Shown: one piece after another, positions 49,001-61,070 of the stretch
How positions within the stretch are numbered: position 1 is the first letter of the stretch
Layout: every line of letters starts with the position of its first letter
Assembly: GCA_965235115.1 (NCBI GenBank)
Contig: OZ249438.1
Coordinates: forward strand, 9,052,001 to 9,116,000
Reading direction: 5' to 3'
Length of the DNA: 64,000 nucleotides
DNA from: Laetmonice hystrix
Lineage: Eukaryota
Translations under genes and position numbers: made by a program
Notes under the pieces: generated by a model
Databases searched by the model: none
What the model was told of the DNA's origin: nothing
What the model saw: the letters and a program-made list of their open reading frames with translations, nothing else

Positions 49001-52000
49001 ATAAGGTTATTTATAGCACAAATGTCCAATTTCTTTCTTAGCAGAAAATATAAAGAAATTTGAAGCCTTATCTATAGGCCTATGTTTAGGCCTAATTTAT
49101 GTGGGCATATTTGCAAATTGGTGAAATTTATCATAACATTTTTGAGCTTTGACTTAAGAAACTATATACCCTCCAAGATTTAGATTTAATCCCAAAGACA
49201 ATAAAACATAATCATTCAATAAACAATTTAAAGATTTACTCACTAAGCCTTATCTGAGCTGTAAGGGGTCTAGTATAGTGCTAAAAATTAATTTAAAAAA
49301 AATTCAATGCCTGATTATGATGGCACCCACAGAAAGTAATGGTGACGCTCCCTCATTGATAGTGGCCCATCCTCCTTCATGTATAGTAGACCCCTAAGTA
49401 CTAATTTACTACAACTGTCACATGGGGAGCAGCTGTAGATTTGAACGTGACCGGGGGGTCACACGTCCACGGCGCCCAGCCAATCAGAATCTAGGTCAGC
49501 GCCATCTCACAAACTCTGTAGCGGGAAGCAAAGCTGAGTGTGCTTTCCCATGGCGGACTTACCACTCGGTGTGGTCCGAAATTTGTTGTCTACAAGCGGC
49601 CACCAGTGGACTACACTGGATTAATGTGGCCTAGTGGATAGCTCTTTGTTCGATCTGGGCAACGGTGTGAGTATTGACGTCATTTTTAGTCAGTATAGTA
49701 GGGGTTCGGAACTATTTCGGGTGTGTAGTAAAGGAGAGGCATGGTTTGGCTATGTGTGACTAGTTTCCGCATGACTGCCTCGTGTTGGAGAGTGGAACGC
49801 TCAACTTGACACACACATGTGCATTCTGCCTGCAAGTTATTCTTAGCCACGATCCCCCCAGTACAAATCTTGTTCAGAATGTTTATAAACTTAAAATGAA
49901 TCAAGGCATGTCTCAGCGATTTCCATGAGAATATAGAGACAAAGGTGGAAGAGTTAGGCATGATATGTCCGTTTTCAAACATGAGAGGACTGTTGTCCTG
50001 AACATCATGACTGAGTCGCCGGTTGGGGACCTGTGTTAGCTCAACTGTCCACGCCATACAACCCGGCTGGTTTCTGTTTGTGGATCTGTAGCTAGTTACA
50101 GCCTAGACCATTGTCTCTTGTTGAGGGCTATTGTTTCCTGACAGAGTATGTATAGTTACATGTATACATAGGTCGTCATTTTATTACCTCCAGAATATAT
50201 GTACAGTCATTGTGTGGCATCTAGGGCGGATACATTCTGGGAATGGGTGGTAGTGGCCAACTTAGGCTAAGCCAAGAGGCAAACGTACAGCTCTGAATGG
50301 AAGGAGGAGGCTGCAGGCAGGGGAGTAAAGGCCCCCAACACTATGAACCCATAGTCTGAGCTGATGTGACACTGAATTACTGGATCTCCTCATAGCTAAC
50401 AAATTAGGCCTATCTTGTATAGTTTTCCGTTCACCTTAGACTTATAGTCATTCCCTGCCACCAATACATTCCTGGTTACAATGTCATATATAATTGGTAT
50501 GATTGAAGACGTGAATCCACATATGTGGCAAATTTATATTTTCTGAGAAATAGACTTTATGAGAATTTCATTAGAGTATTTCATGTGGGGTTGCTCGTTC
50601 TCATGAATCATATTACTAGTGTTTGTTTTGAATTAAGCTGCACTGCGAGGACAATTAATTGCCCAAGAGAGTCATGACTTAATGCCCTAGATTTGTCGCA
50701 TTACCAAGAGACTAAAAGGATTCTTCAAATCTTCCTTTTTGGTGAAAGGAATGTGTATTGTAATGTTTATGTCGAGGAAGTGATGCCAGGCTGCCAACTC
50801 TGACCAACTGTCAGACATGTGTTCTTTAGAAGTCCACGGAGCATCACTTGTCACAGTCAACCTGGTCTCTTTTAGCGAATGAAGAACCATGATCCACCTC
50901 TGGCCTTAAGATATTCATTTATCCAGAATGAAACTAGGTCATTTTGGCTTGTCTTTTTTTGTTTGCAAGTCTTTGTTGGCAGTGACAGCAAGCAAACGTA
51001 GCTGTGACTTGTGACAGCATGTCCCTTAACATGCTTATCGTGTGAATCATGTTTGCTTTTTCTAAAGATTATTAGTAAGAAGACAAGCATGTCGGGAGAG
51101 AATCACCGTTAAATTTCTCCTACCCCTACCCAGCCACTGGGGTGAGTAATGTCTCTCATGTCCCGTAAAACCCTTTAGTTCCCCGTTTTTCCCCTTGACC
51201 TGAAATCTAAGGTTGAACTCCTAACATGACTTCCATGGTTCTCAGGACAACCGCAGGGTCACTCACCCCATAAATATATGTTGTGAACGGACATATATAA
51301 AGCAATCATAGATAGTGAAAAGATTTAACTTACGGTACCTACATGAAATGAGCTGTCATAAGTGTAAAATATGAGCACTGAATTCTTGGCCGTTTTTGAT
51401 TTATCTGATTTACCTTTGTATTATATCAAACATATCTGTAAGATGTAATTGAGGGTAGTTGTGTTTTCCAATAGAAAGTGTTTGTATCTGCAGTTGCAGT
51501 TCTGAAATCAGAATAATGGCTGACGTTTGAAAACCAGTAAGATTGTCCTTGCTGATATTGGAACCTTTGAATCATAGAGGAAACCATTTGCCAAGATATT
51601 TATTGATCCAGTTTTAGTTAATCAGTGACTGTCCAAAAAATAATGCCTTACTGAACTGTTAGTTCTGCCTCTTACATATATCTGTCCAGATCATAAATCT
51701 TGCAGGATCTGATAAAGTACTAAATGATATGGTATTGATTAACTAACAGGTAGTCACATGGATAAGTAATATCCACAGATACCATGGACACAGCTGACAC
51801 AATCCTGGATTAACCTTTGGATAGCACTCTGAGTAGGGTTTGCTGTGTCAACCGTAACTTCCTTCACTGGGCCGGGTTAAAAGGGTTAACAACCAAGCTA
51901 TTTATGCGCTATAACGGTCATGGGGCTATTTCTGACTGCAGGGGGAACAGGTTCTGGGTCAATTACTGGTCCAGAGATTCCTTTCCTGTCAATGTGGTTA

Positions 52001-52600
52001 GGAATTCCTTTCCCTAAATTATCAGCAATTACTGTCTGTGATACTAAGTTGAAATATACTTGACTCCCTTAATTGCTCGGTTGGCTAGAAGGTTTAATTG
52101 CAAATGGTGGAAATTGGACTGGTAATTTAAGCTGAAACGCCCGTGCCCATATGTTGCTAAGTGCGACTGGCTGCATGGACACACATTTATCAGATAGGAT
52201 GGTCTAATAAAAAGTTTGAACAGCCTGACCAATTTCTTGCATATAGAAGCCTGGGCTGTATCTGTGGATGTGAGTTATCAGGGCTGTTATACCGGTTACA
52301 ATAGATAGGGCCATGATAAGCGGGCCCTGGGTTGCACATGTGTGAGGAGACTGCGATATACATGTACATAAATGTATATGATATAGAGGTTATATACTGG
52401 AGAGAATCCAGAGTGGGGTAAGCCAGGATGTGGCATATATCTGCTGGCACCACCAGCACCGGCCAAGCCCCCCCCCCCCACCCTTCTCTCCTGGTCCTAT
52501 GTGAGCAGGGGAGTCAGGGTATGAATTATGCCCTCATTGTCATTCTGTCTGGGTATATGAACGCTGGCGGGGGTGGGCAGCCATGGGGATAGGGCTCCAG

Positions 52601-52760
52601 ACACACACTGGTTGAACGATCTGAGCCGTGGAGTCAATACCAGTGTCAGCTCCCCTGGTCCCCTCCTCAGACCCGGCAGATTACACACACTGGTTGAACG
52701 ATCTGAGCCGTGGAGTCAATACCAGTGTCAGCTCCCCTGGTCCCCTCCTCAGACCCGGCA
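52601..52760. repeat. Tandem duplication, 82-bp period (78 bp identical)
   Basis: ACACACACTGGTTGAACGATCTGAGCC...CAGACCCGGCA at 52601 and 52683. Confidence 0.95.
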
Positions 52761-53355
52761 CTGAGCCCTGCTATCTCCACAATGTGCTCGCTTTTCAGGA
52801 AAATATTCCTACTCTTATCACCACATTCGGATCAGTGTTCTTCCTGGGGATGCTTCTCCCATTCCGGGTAGGATTACTGAAAAGAAAGGGGCACTAGCCC
52901 CCCCCCCCTCCACATACACGCACACCTATCAAATGAAAAAAAAACTACAAAAAAGAAACCCCCGCTGTCCCCACTCTCAACTCAAACCGAACACGTGCGG
53001 GGAATCGTTTGTGGAGCCGTTACTCACCCCGCCACTCCCTACCCCTGTCATGTACCCCCTGTAACTCTCCACCCCCACTCCCCAGCCTCTCTCTGACTTG
53101 ACCCCGTAGAGGGATCCTCTTACGTCACCACCACCGCCTGTCACACACCACAACCGTTACCCGTGTCACGGTGTTGGCGCCTTCTGTAACCGTTCACCAG
53201 GATCCAACCAGCACTCACAATGTAACTGTGCCGGTCTCTGACCCCTGTACCGATTGTCACACTGAGGAGGACAGGATCAAACACACACTGAGTGAACACA
53301 GTCAGGTAGGGACAGGTGGGAAACGAGACATTAATACGGTCAGACATGGACTTGG

Positions 53356-53400
53356 CACTGACTCTGAGCCCACTGACTCTGAGCCCACTGACTCTGAGCC
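53356..53400. repeat. 15-bp x3 tandem repeat
   Basis: CACTGACTCTGAGCC x3 (reads TDSEP x3 in one frame). Confidence 0.95.
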
Positions 53401-53977
53401 GGAGGTAAGGTGACCAGGAGCAGTTCACCACTGCTCCAGTCTTTGCTTACTGCGTGACAGTTATTTCAAAATGTATGTCAGGCGATAACTATAAGTATTG
53501 TCTTGTTGAGGAGTGGGATCGTTATATTTCTCAGGGTCAAATTTGAAAACGGTTTGACCTGAGAGATGGGTGGTGACTGACAGTTTGGAAAGAATGATGT
53601 TATGGTAGATTAAGACATGTTTTAGGAACTTTTTATTGGTAGATACCCGGAGGACTTTTCATAATGTTCATTGTTCTGTGGATTGGAAAGGTTTTCGTAG
53701 CGGTCATTCTGCAGTATTATCTCATAGTTTGTGCACAGGCTTATTACACATCTCTTGTTATTTACTTCAAACTCTTCAAAATCAGAGTGGTAAAAACGGA
53801 TGTTACTCCATGGCAGATAATATTAGTGTGGTGACAGTTTGCCAAACATAATATGAACATTGCAAGTGTAACCTGTGGTATATACCTAAGATGGCCCCAG
53901 TTTAGATTATATTATGATACAGTGGGATTAATTATCAAGAACTGCTACTATAATTTTTTTTCTGCTGTCTGTTTCAG

Positions 53978-55192
53978 GAACTTTTAGATGAAGTAGTTGA
54001 TCAGAAGTCTACCGTTGACAGTCTGATACAACAGAGCTGGGAGTTCCTGGACCAGGAAACAGACCCCTTACTCTACTATGACGTAACTGACCTTGAAAAC
54101 TCATGGCTTCAACTGAAGGAAAAACTCCGACAACTTGGATTACGCCCATGGACTTCGAAACCTCAGCTCTGTGAACTTGACCAGTATTTCGCAAAGAGGA
54201 AAACATATACACGTAAGCTAGGACAAGACGCTGTTGGTTCAGCGACGTCATTTCATTGTCTCGATTCGTCCTTTAGTTTATCTTCTTCGTCTGAAGAGGA
54301 AAGATCCTGTCAAACTTCACAGAGTATTTCGTCGGATTTAGAAATTGATAAAGATCAAAAGTTTTTGGAGGTATTCATTCCAAAGTTTACCCAGAAGCAT
54401 AGCCTGGAGAGTATTTCGATTGATATTTCACAAGTACAAAAAGACAAACAATTACATGACCCAAAGTTCTTTCTCAAGAAGAGAAGTTCGTTGCCCAGTT
54501 TTTTTCACTTTTCTCCATTGACCACCAAACCTCAGCCAAAGCCTGAGAGGTCTGAGAGGATTCAGTACATTAAGGATTACAGTGGTTCAGAGGAAAGTAC
54601 CAGTTCGTTTAATGTGAATGGATGCAGTTTGGAGTACCTAGAAGATGAAAGTAGCAATTTTGACGACAGCTTCAGCGATGAAGCATCAACACAGCTCAAG
54701 GATTTATACTTCGCTGCAAGCGAAGACAACCTTGTTCTTATGAAAGCTGCTTTTCCTTCGTCTTTGGGAAACGTCTGCATGGCTGAAGCAGCGCAAAGCT
54801 CCGAAGAAAATCGGAGCGGCCGAAATTCCCCCCTGGGGATCCGAGCCAGTAGCTTCGGCGACGATTCGCCCGTCAAATTCAAACGTCGCAGGATGAACGA
54901 GGAAATGCCCGGTGCCGAGTCCAGTGGGGGAACGAGTCCTCGTGACTCGCCAGCAAGTCTACATCTCATGCTGAACCCTGGACTGACACTGCCACTGGGC
55001 AGTACCTCTTTCGATGATACTTTCGATGATTTCTCCGACAGCCAACTCAGTAGCCCAGGTGATTCTCCATCGGTTTTCCGCAGCAAGAACAGGGAAGCTC
55101 TGCGTGGAAAGTACCGGAAGGATGAGCTGTGGGCAGCCATCAAGTCTGACTACCATTACCTGATGGACGGAGAAATCATAGAGACATGCAGG
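53978..55192 (+). CDS. 1215-nt exon: spectrin-like helices B-C (ELLDEVVDQKSTVDSLIQQSW...DLENSWLQLKEKL), Ser/Asp/Glu-rich disordered region, klarsicht-like motif DELWAAIKSDYHYLMDGEIIETCR
   Basis: Stop-free for 405 codons (extends track ORF 54365-55207 upstream); acceptor ctgtttcag|, donor AGG|gtaaga; phase 0-0. Confidence 0.9.
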
Positions 55193-55918
55193 GTAAGACC
55201 CTTTTGATATTTAGCAAAAAGACTTGTTGCACCTTACAGAAGTTTTTTTCCAGTTCAGCTTTAAGTCTCCTCTAATTTGAAGATAGTGTTTGAGCCCTCT
55301 ATCAGGTTTCTGTGATAAAAAACACATCTAAAATAATTTTATAAATTATTTTTTATTCGGTGTTGAAGCAAATTTTATCTAGGTAAATTTGTGATGAATA
55401 AGGTCAGAGAGGTATAAAAACAGAAAAAGTGGAAAACCCACATTTTTAAGGTTGTCCAGGACTAGCTACCAAGATTGAATATTTTTCTACCATGGTATTT
55501 TATTACGTACACACCAACAAACCCATCGCGAGAATGTTTTCCTAGACATATTCCGACAATCCCTGCATCTGTTGTCTGGTGTAAAAAGATGTAAGCTATA
55601 CTAACCAGGTTAATACGACCTGGGTGTACTGGTAAAAGCAGCCAGGATGTTGTGTTGACTTTCCCTGAATGGTTGTGTTGGCTTAGTTCTTCTGATCTGT
55701 TAACGGTATCCTAAGTATGTCAGGTCAGTAAACTGAGTGTTCTGTCCCGTTATCCTTGTCAAACAAAGATACATTACCAGCTGTGGGATCCTATGAATGG
55801 CTACGACTCCCAGCGTGGGACGGTCGTACTACAATCTACAGAGAATAGTAAATCCTCGCGATCGCAGGGCACTTTGAATAGCAGGTTGAAATTGGTATTT
55901 GTATTCGTTCATACTAAT

Positions 55919-57961
55919 CACTGGCTACACACTGATCATCGTAACGCGCGTTACGCTGATCCAAGATGGACGATCCCGATGCTCGCTTCGCGTGTTTTTG
56001 TTCAAGTTACAAGGGCTACGGTGCATCAACAACATAAAACAACATCTGAATATCATGATAACAATGTGTGCCTGCCGTTTGTCTCAGTTTGGGGTCCTAG
56101 ACGGGCGTAGATTAAGAGAAAATGGACGCAGAAGATTTGGCGATGATACCCGTAACGCGCAGCGCTGATCCCCGTAACGCAAGTTTAATTTGGTGACAGG
56201 ATAGGCGTAACGCGGCACCTAAACCTTTCAAAGGTTTTTACGTAGACGAGTAGACGACTTTCAACATCGGCTCGTGATCTGATAATGAATCTCAACTTTG
56301 TAATGAGCATTATCTACTTCAGTATGAAGGTAAAACCATGAGGTACACGTATATAATAGGGCGCGGATTGACAGCGTGTGTGATACTAGGCCTATACTAT
56401 AGGTGTTAGGCCCATACAGAGTGTGTGTGGACCCCAGGGCGGGGTCACGAATCTAAGACATGCCTGGCAGGCACCATGAGAGATCGAGATGCTTTGTCCT
56501 TCCCAAGTACCCCGGGGTAGAGCACCCTGACTCCTCCGACAGGGAGTACGCTAGTGAATTTTGGGTATTAGCCACAGTGGCTAACAACTGAGGAAAAGAA
56601 CTAGCCACAGGGAAAAAGTTCTAGCCACAGTTGTTTTAATGTTTTTTATTTAGGTAACCAGAGTTCATTATACATGTATTTTAATATCTTTGTATAATAT
56701 AAAGTACATGTACTTTCATTTGCCAGCTGTGTGTAGGCCTAGTGAACGTTTTTGGGGGGGATAAGCTGTCCTATATCTCGAGGATAACTCTACACAAGTG
56801 GCCCTCTTGAGCAGCAAGAATATTGGGATCCAGTACAGTACACCTACACCTCAGAGGAGGCCTGGCCCAAATTGACGGGTACCTAGGCTATAATAACCTC
56901 TCATCACAGCGATCCCCCCTGACAGCCCCCACCCCTCACACCCCCGACCCCCGTACTGAGCGGCCGAGCTGCCTCCCCACCTTCATGCCATGTGACCTCA
57001 GCCATGCTATATGTCGCCTGTCCTCTCCTGGCACACTCAGCATGCCAGGTAATCGGGATATCATTTAAACTAGGCCTATATTACTCCTACAGGCTGACTG
57101 GCATCTGTCATAAACTCATCCCAGATGGACTGGACCCAGGCCGGGGAGACGGGCCAGTACTGAGGGCCGGCCTGACCTGGGGTAGTCCGTAGTAGACTAG
57201 GGGGAACAGACGCATACGGGCGGCTGGCCTTGCCTGGCGGAGAGACCGGGTCGGGTGGGTCGGTCACCCTGGTCTCTGACCACCCACATGTCACACCGAC
57301 ACACGTGCTCCAACCACAGTCAGTGGTGGATCAGGCGTGCATGGGGGGGGGGGAGGAGGACCTGGGCTATAAACTGGAGACAGCTGGAATTTGCAGGCGT
57401 GGCGAATTTGGTGGTTTATTTTGGCAGTGGAACTCGCCACAGGCTGGAAGTATTCGCGTTTGCGAGCGTGGCTACTGCTAACGTACTCCGTTCTACATGA
57501 AGTTAAACTGTCAAAACTCTGCCACAACCTGCACAAGATTTCAAATAACACAAACAATTAAATTCCCTTCAAACGAAAACTGGTGAGAATGGTTTTTCTA
57601 CTTGAAAGACGAAGAATAAAGGCAGTACAGCTTACGAGTGAATGGCAGGCTAACCAGCAATGAGTCGCGTTACGGGTATCAATAATTCGCGTTACGGGTA
57701 TCATTTGTCAACATGCTTGTCCGCGTTACGGGTATCACAGCGAAAATTTCCGGAGCGATTTTTGAGATTTCTAGGCAATCTCAGGCGCCGAGGTTCACCA
57801 AACATGATGCCACCATTACAATAAACAACTCTGACGTCTTACAGATGAATCAGAGACACGGAACTGCTTGAAATACGCCTCGTTTTAGTTGAAGCGAGAC
57901 CTGCCTTCCTCCATCTTGGATCAGCGTAACGCGCGTTACGATGATCAGTGTGTAGCCAGTG
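55919..57961. mobile_element. Non-autonomous DNA transposon, 2043 bp, CACTG termini, 5-bp TSD (Transib/RAG-like end signature), with subterminal repeats
   Basis: Perfect 52-bp TIRs (55919-55970; 57910-57961); CTAAT on both flanks (55914-55918; 57962-57966); repeated GATACCCGTAACGCG-type motifs inside both ends; no transposase ORF seen. Confidence 0.88.
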
Positions 57962-60900
57962 CTAATGGTATGCAGTGTTGGGTGCCGTATGATATCATTA
58001 TTGTGAGATGGAGGCGGGTTGGGAGTTCGTGATCATATGACCGAATGGGAACTTGTATGGTTTGTATGTCCATGGCCAAATCTTGTGTGATTCCACATGA
58101 TCAGAGCGCATTGTGTGCTCTCAGCTAGAAAAGGAAAATAAGCCGAAATATTAATTTTGAAGGCCGTCCTCTTGGCTCTTTTGAGTTTGAGTTCTATCTG
58201 TTATAAACCATGAGATCAACCATGACCAAGATTCGAGTCTTAGCGTCGTAGTTGACGTCAAATATTGGTTTCATGCGAATTCCGGAGGTTTACTAACAAT
58301 CACGTTGGGGCAGGAAAGTCAGGTTCAGGGTCAGATGTATGTCAGGTTGAACTGTAAGGTAGATCTGTCACGTAGTAAGGGAGGGGGTGGCTGGGGTTGG
58401 AAAGAAGGTGGTGAGGGGGGCGGGTTAGTGGACCGTTAGGACTCAACACGCAACATACATTGGAGGGCAGGATCGCACAATTTACGTGTCAATGTCAGGC
58501 TAACCGTGAAATTTTAACTCTCGTTCTGGAGGGGGCAAAATGGTTTCTCTTTACACAATATTGGATCTCGCTCCGACAGAAATAGTGGCGTGATCATGGA
58601 CGGTACCTTCAACCATTTGCGAACAGTAATACACCGTCTTCCTTTGCAATTAGGCGTGGAAAGCTCAAACGGCCGTCTACCCCTTCACCTTTTATGTAAG
58701 AGATATATGTAAGACATGCTATCAGGACCAGAGCTACAACATATAGCAAAACAAGTGTGACCTCAGGAATGCTAGCGTGTGTCTGAAATTGGCAGTGATA
58801 TAGGGGACAAAAACCACAGCTTTTAAAGGCATGCTGTAAGATGGTCTGTCATGAATGTTTGTGTATTATGTTGCCTGTTACCAGACTGTGACAGTTGTTG
58901 GATTCAGCAGCGTAGAATGTGTACTTCACTAGACTCAAGAAAGAAGGTAGAGCTGCGAGGCAACGTTCTTCAGTCTTCTTATCTTCCCAACACACTTGCT
59001 TGGTATCAGTGATATTATGATGGGGGTCAGTGGATATAATATGACCATTAAGTATGTAATTGGGGTCCATTTTAGGATGGAACTATTAATTCTGAGGATT
59101 CTAATTCGAAATGGAGACGGAGAAGAAATCATAAGGTTGTCTTGAACAAACTCTAGCCTGACCAGTTGAGATTTGGATGACCTGCGGTGGCAGTTGAACG
59201 GCTGCTTGTAAAATTGGCAGACAATACAAGGTGCTGATGAAAACTGCACAGGTTTTTGGCCAGGTGACAGGGAAACCTTGGCAGGGGGAGGGTGTAGGTG
59301 GGGGTGGGTGAGGCTGACGGAGTACAATACAGGACAAAGTGTGCGATCCCCGGGGTATGGTTAACAAAGTGTTCCACTGCCTGGGCAGTTGGCCAGATGT
59401 ACGTGAAGTTAGGGCCTCAAGGCGTCCCTCAAGACAGACTTTAGGTTGCTGGGAATACGGCAGCGCCGCTGTCAGGTCCGTACTGTTCTGTAAATATTGG
59501 CATGGCGGGTGAATATTGCACAGTGGGGGAGGGGGTGGGGTGGTCACTCTGGTGCTGAGGGCTGGACCAGCCGGCAGTGGTCTGTGGTACCTTACAGCTA
59601 ATCGATTCTTCTTGGTTCTCAGTGCTGGCCATTCTTTGGGCTACCACAATAAAACATGTAGGAATGGACAAAGTGAACAATGGCCAGTGTTCTTCTGACT
59701 TCAATAGAGCAAGGTTAGAGACTAGGGGAACTTACAGAGGAATTGACACCTGGGTCAGTCATGTTCTCCAAAACAATGGGAGTGGAAGAATATTTTATAG
59801 CGGAGAGGTGAGGAATACATCCAGCAAAAAACTCCAATAGAACAACTAATGTCGATGTCGTAGGTCTGAGGTTGATGAATAACGTGCCGTGGCATATATG
59901 TGATCTGGCAATAACTGCAGCTTCCAGAAAATTGGTTCAATATTCGGAACGGAAACAAATCCACAATATTACTGTAACAGCACCCATAGAACTAGTTGCA
60001 TTTGTAAACATTCAATACTTTGAACGGAATAAGAAGAGGTAAGATTGTGCCTTTCTCACGGTTTGGGCCAGTAACAGACAAAACAGTAAATTCCACGATG
60101 TTCTTCAATGTAATAACCACGATTTAGATGGTTGTTGTTATTTTGGGTTGGCTGATCATGGGTATACATCTGTATTTCCTTTTAATTGTAATATATTACG
60201 TGTCAGTTGTAATCTTACACAATCGACAACAGTGTAATATTCCAGCAATGCCAATTTCTCTGTGCAGCCTTCCTTGGCTGAATAATGTTGTATAAACAGA
60301 CCAAATTCCAATATATCCTCTTCTTTTTCCTTTTGTGTTTTCTGTCAAGAGACAAAGGCATTACATCGCTAGATTATCCATTTATGACATATAAGAATTG
60401 TTTGCGACAGCATCTTTGGAACTTTGCCAAACAAGACCATGAAAATTGCTGCTACTTATAGTAAGCCAAAAGCCAGAATAGTGTGACAAATTTGTGGCCT
60501 TCCATACCTTCCTGGCTATGATTAAGGGGATAGTTATGAACACGGTCCCCTGTCCGACCAGGCGGGGGGGGGGGGGTTTCGGCCCCAGGAGTTAAAGGTG
60601 AGGCCAGGGTGATAGAAACGCAGGTACCATATATCCTTTTAGATGTTACGTCACCTCAATAATGACACGTAATATGTTTTGTGCGTGCAGTTTAAAATTA
60701 TAGCCAAGTCCCTTTTTATGTCGGTAAACATTTTCAATGCTCCTGGTCCTAAAGGTTGGAACATTTGAGGAAGGGTCCTTACGCTTTGGGGCGTTTCTTA
60801 GCAGGTTTAACAACTTAATGAATGTAAAAATATAACCCAGTTATATAAATAAATCTTTTAAATGTTCCGAAATTCCCCTTGAAAACAATGCCATTGTATT

Positions 60901-61006
60901 CACTGATCTAGAAGTGATGAAGAGACACCGATTCCAGGTAAAGTTTGTACGGTTGACGTGGGGTCAGTGCCGGTGGGTGTTTATATTCCCCCCCCCGGGC
61001 CCTAGT

Positions 61007-61070
61007 GGTCAGTGATTGGTAGCCCTGGCGGTCAGTGATTGGTAGCCCTGGCGGTCAGTGATTGGTAGCC
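61007..61070. repeat. 23-bp x2.8 tandem repeat, each copy with a reverse CCAAT box
   Basis: GGTCAGTGATTGGTAGCCCTGGC at 61007 and 61030, partial copy at 61053. Confidence 0.9.

Larger units (their letters stand above)
28043..55192 (+). other. Gene span (5' part): AKAP6/klarsicht-like spectrin-repeat protein; continues beyond the last recognised exon
   Basis: Three exons join in frame: basic N-terminus, a spectrin-like repeat split by a 23.6-kb phase-0 intron, a long Ser/acidic region, then the motif DELWAAIKSDYHYLMDGEIIETC. Family call is from remembered AKAP6 and Klarsicht sequences. Confidence 0.7.

Noticed and set aside
54577-55143. 188-aa and 65-aa antisense ORFs
   Set aside because: Shadow ORFs of the Ser-rich sense exon.
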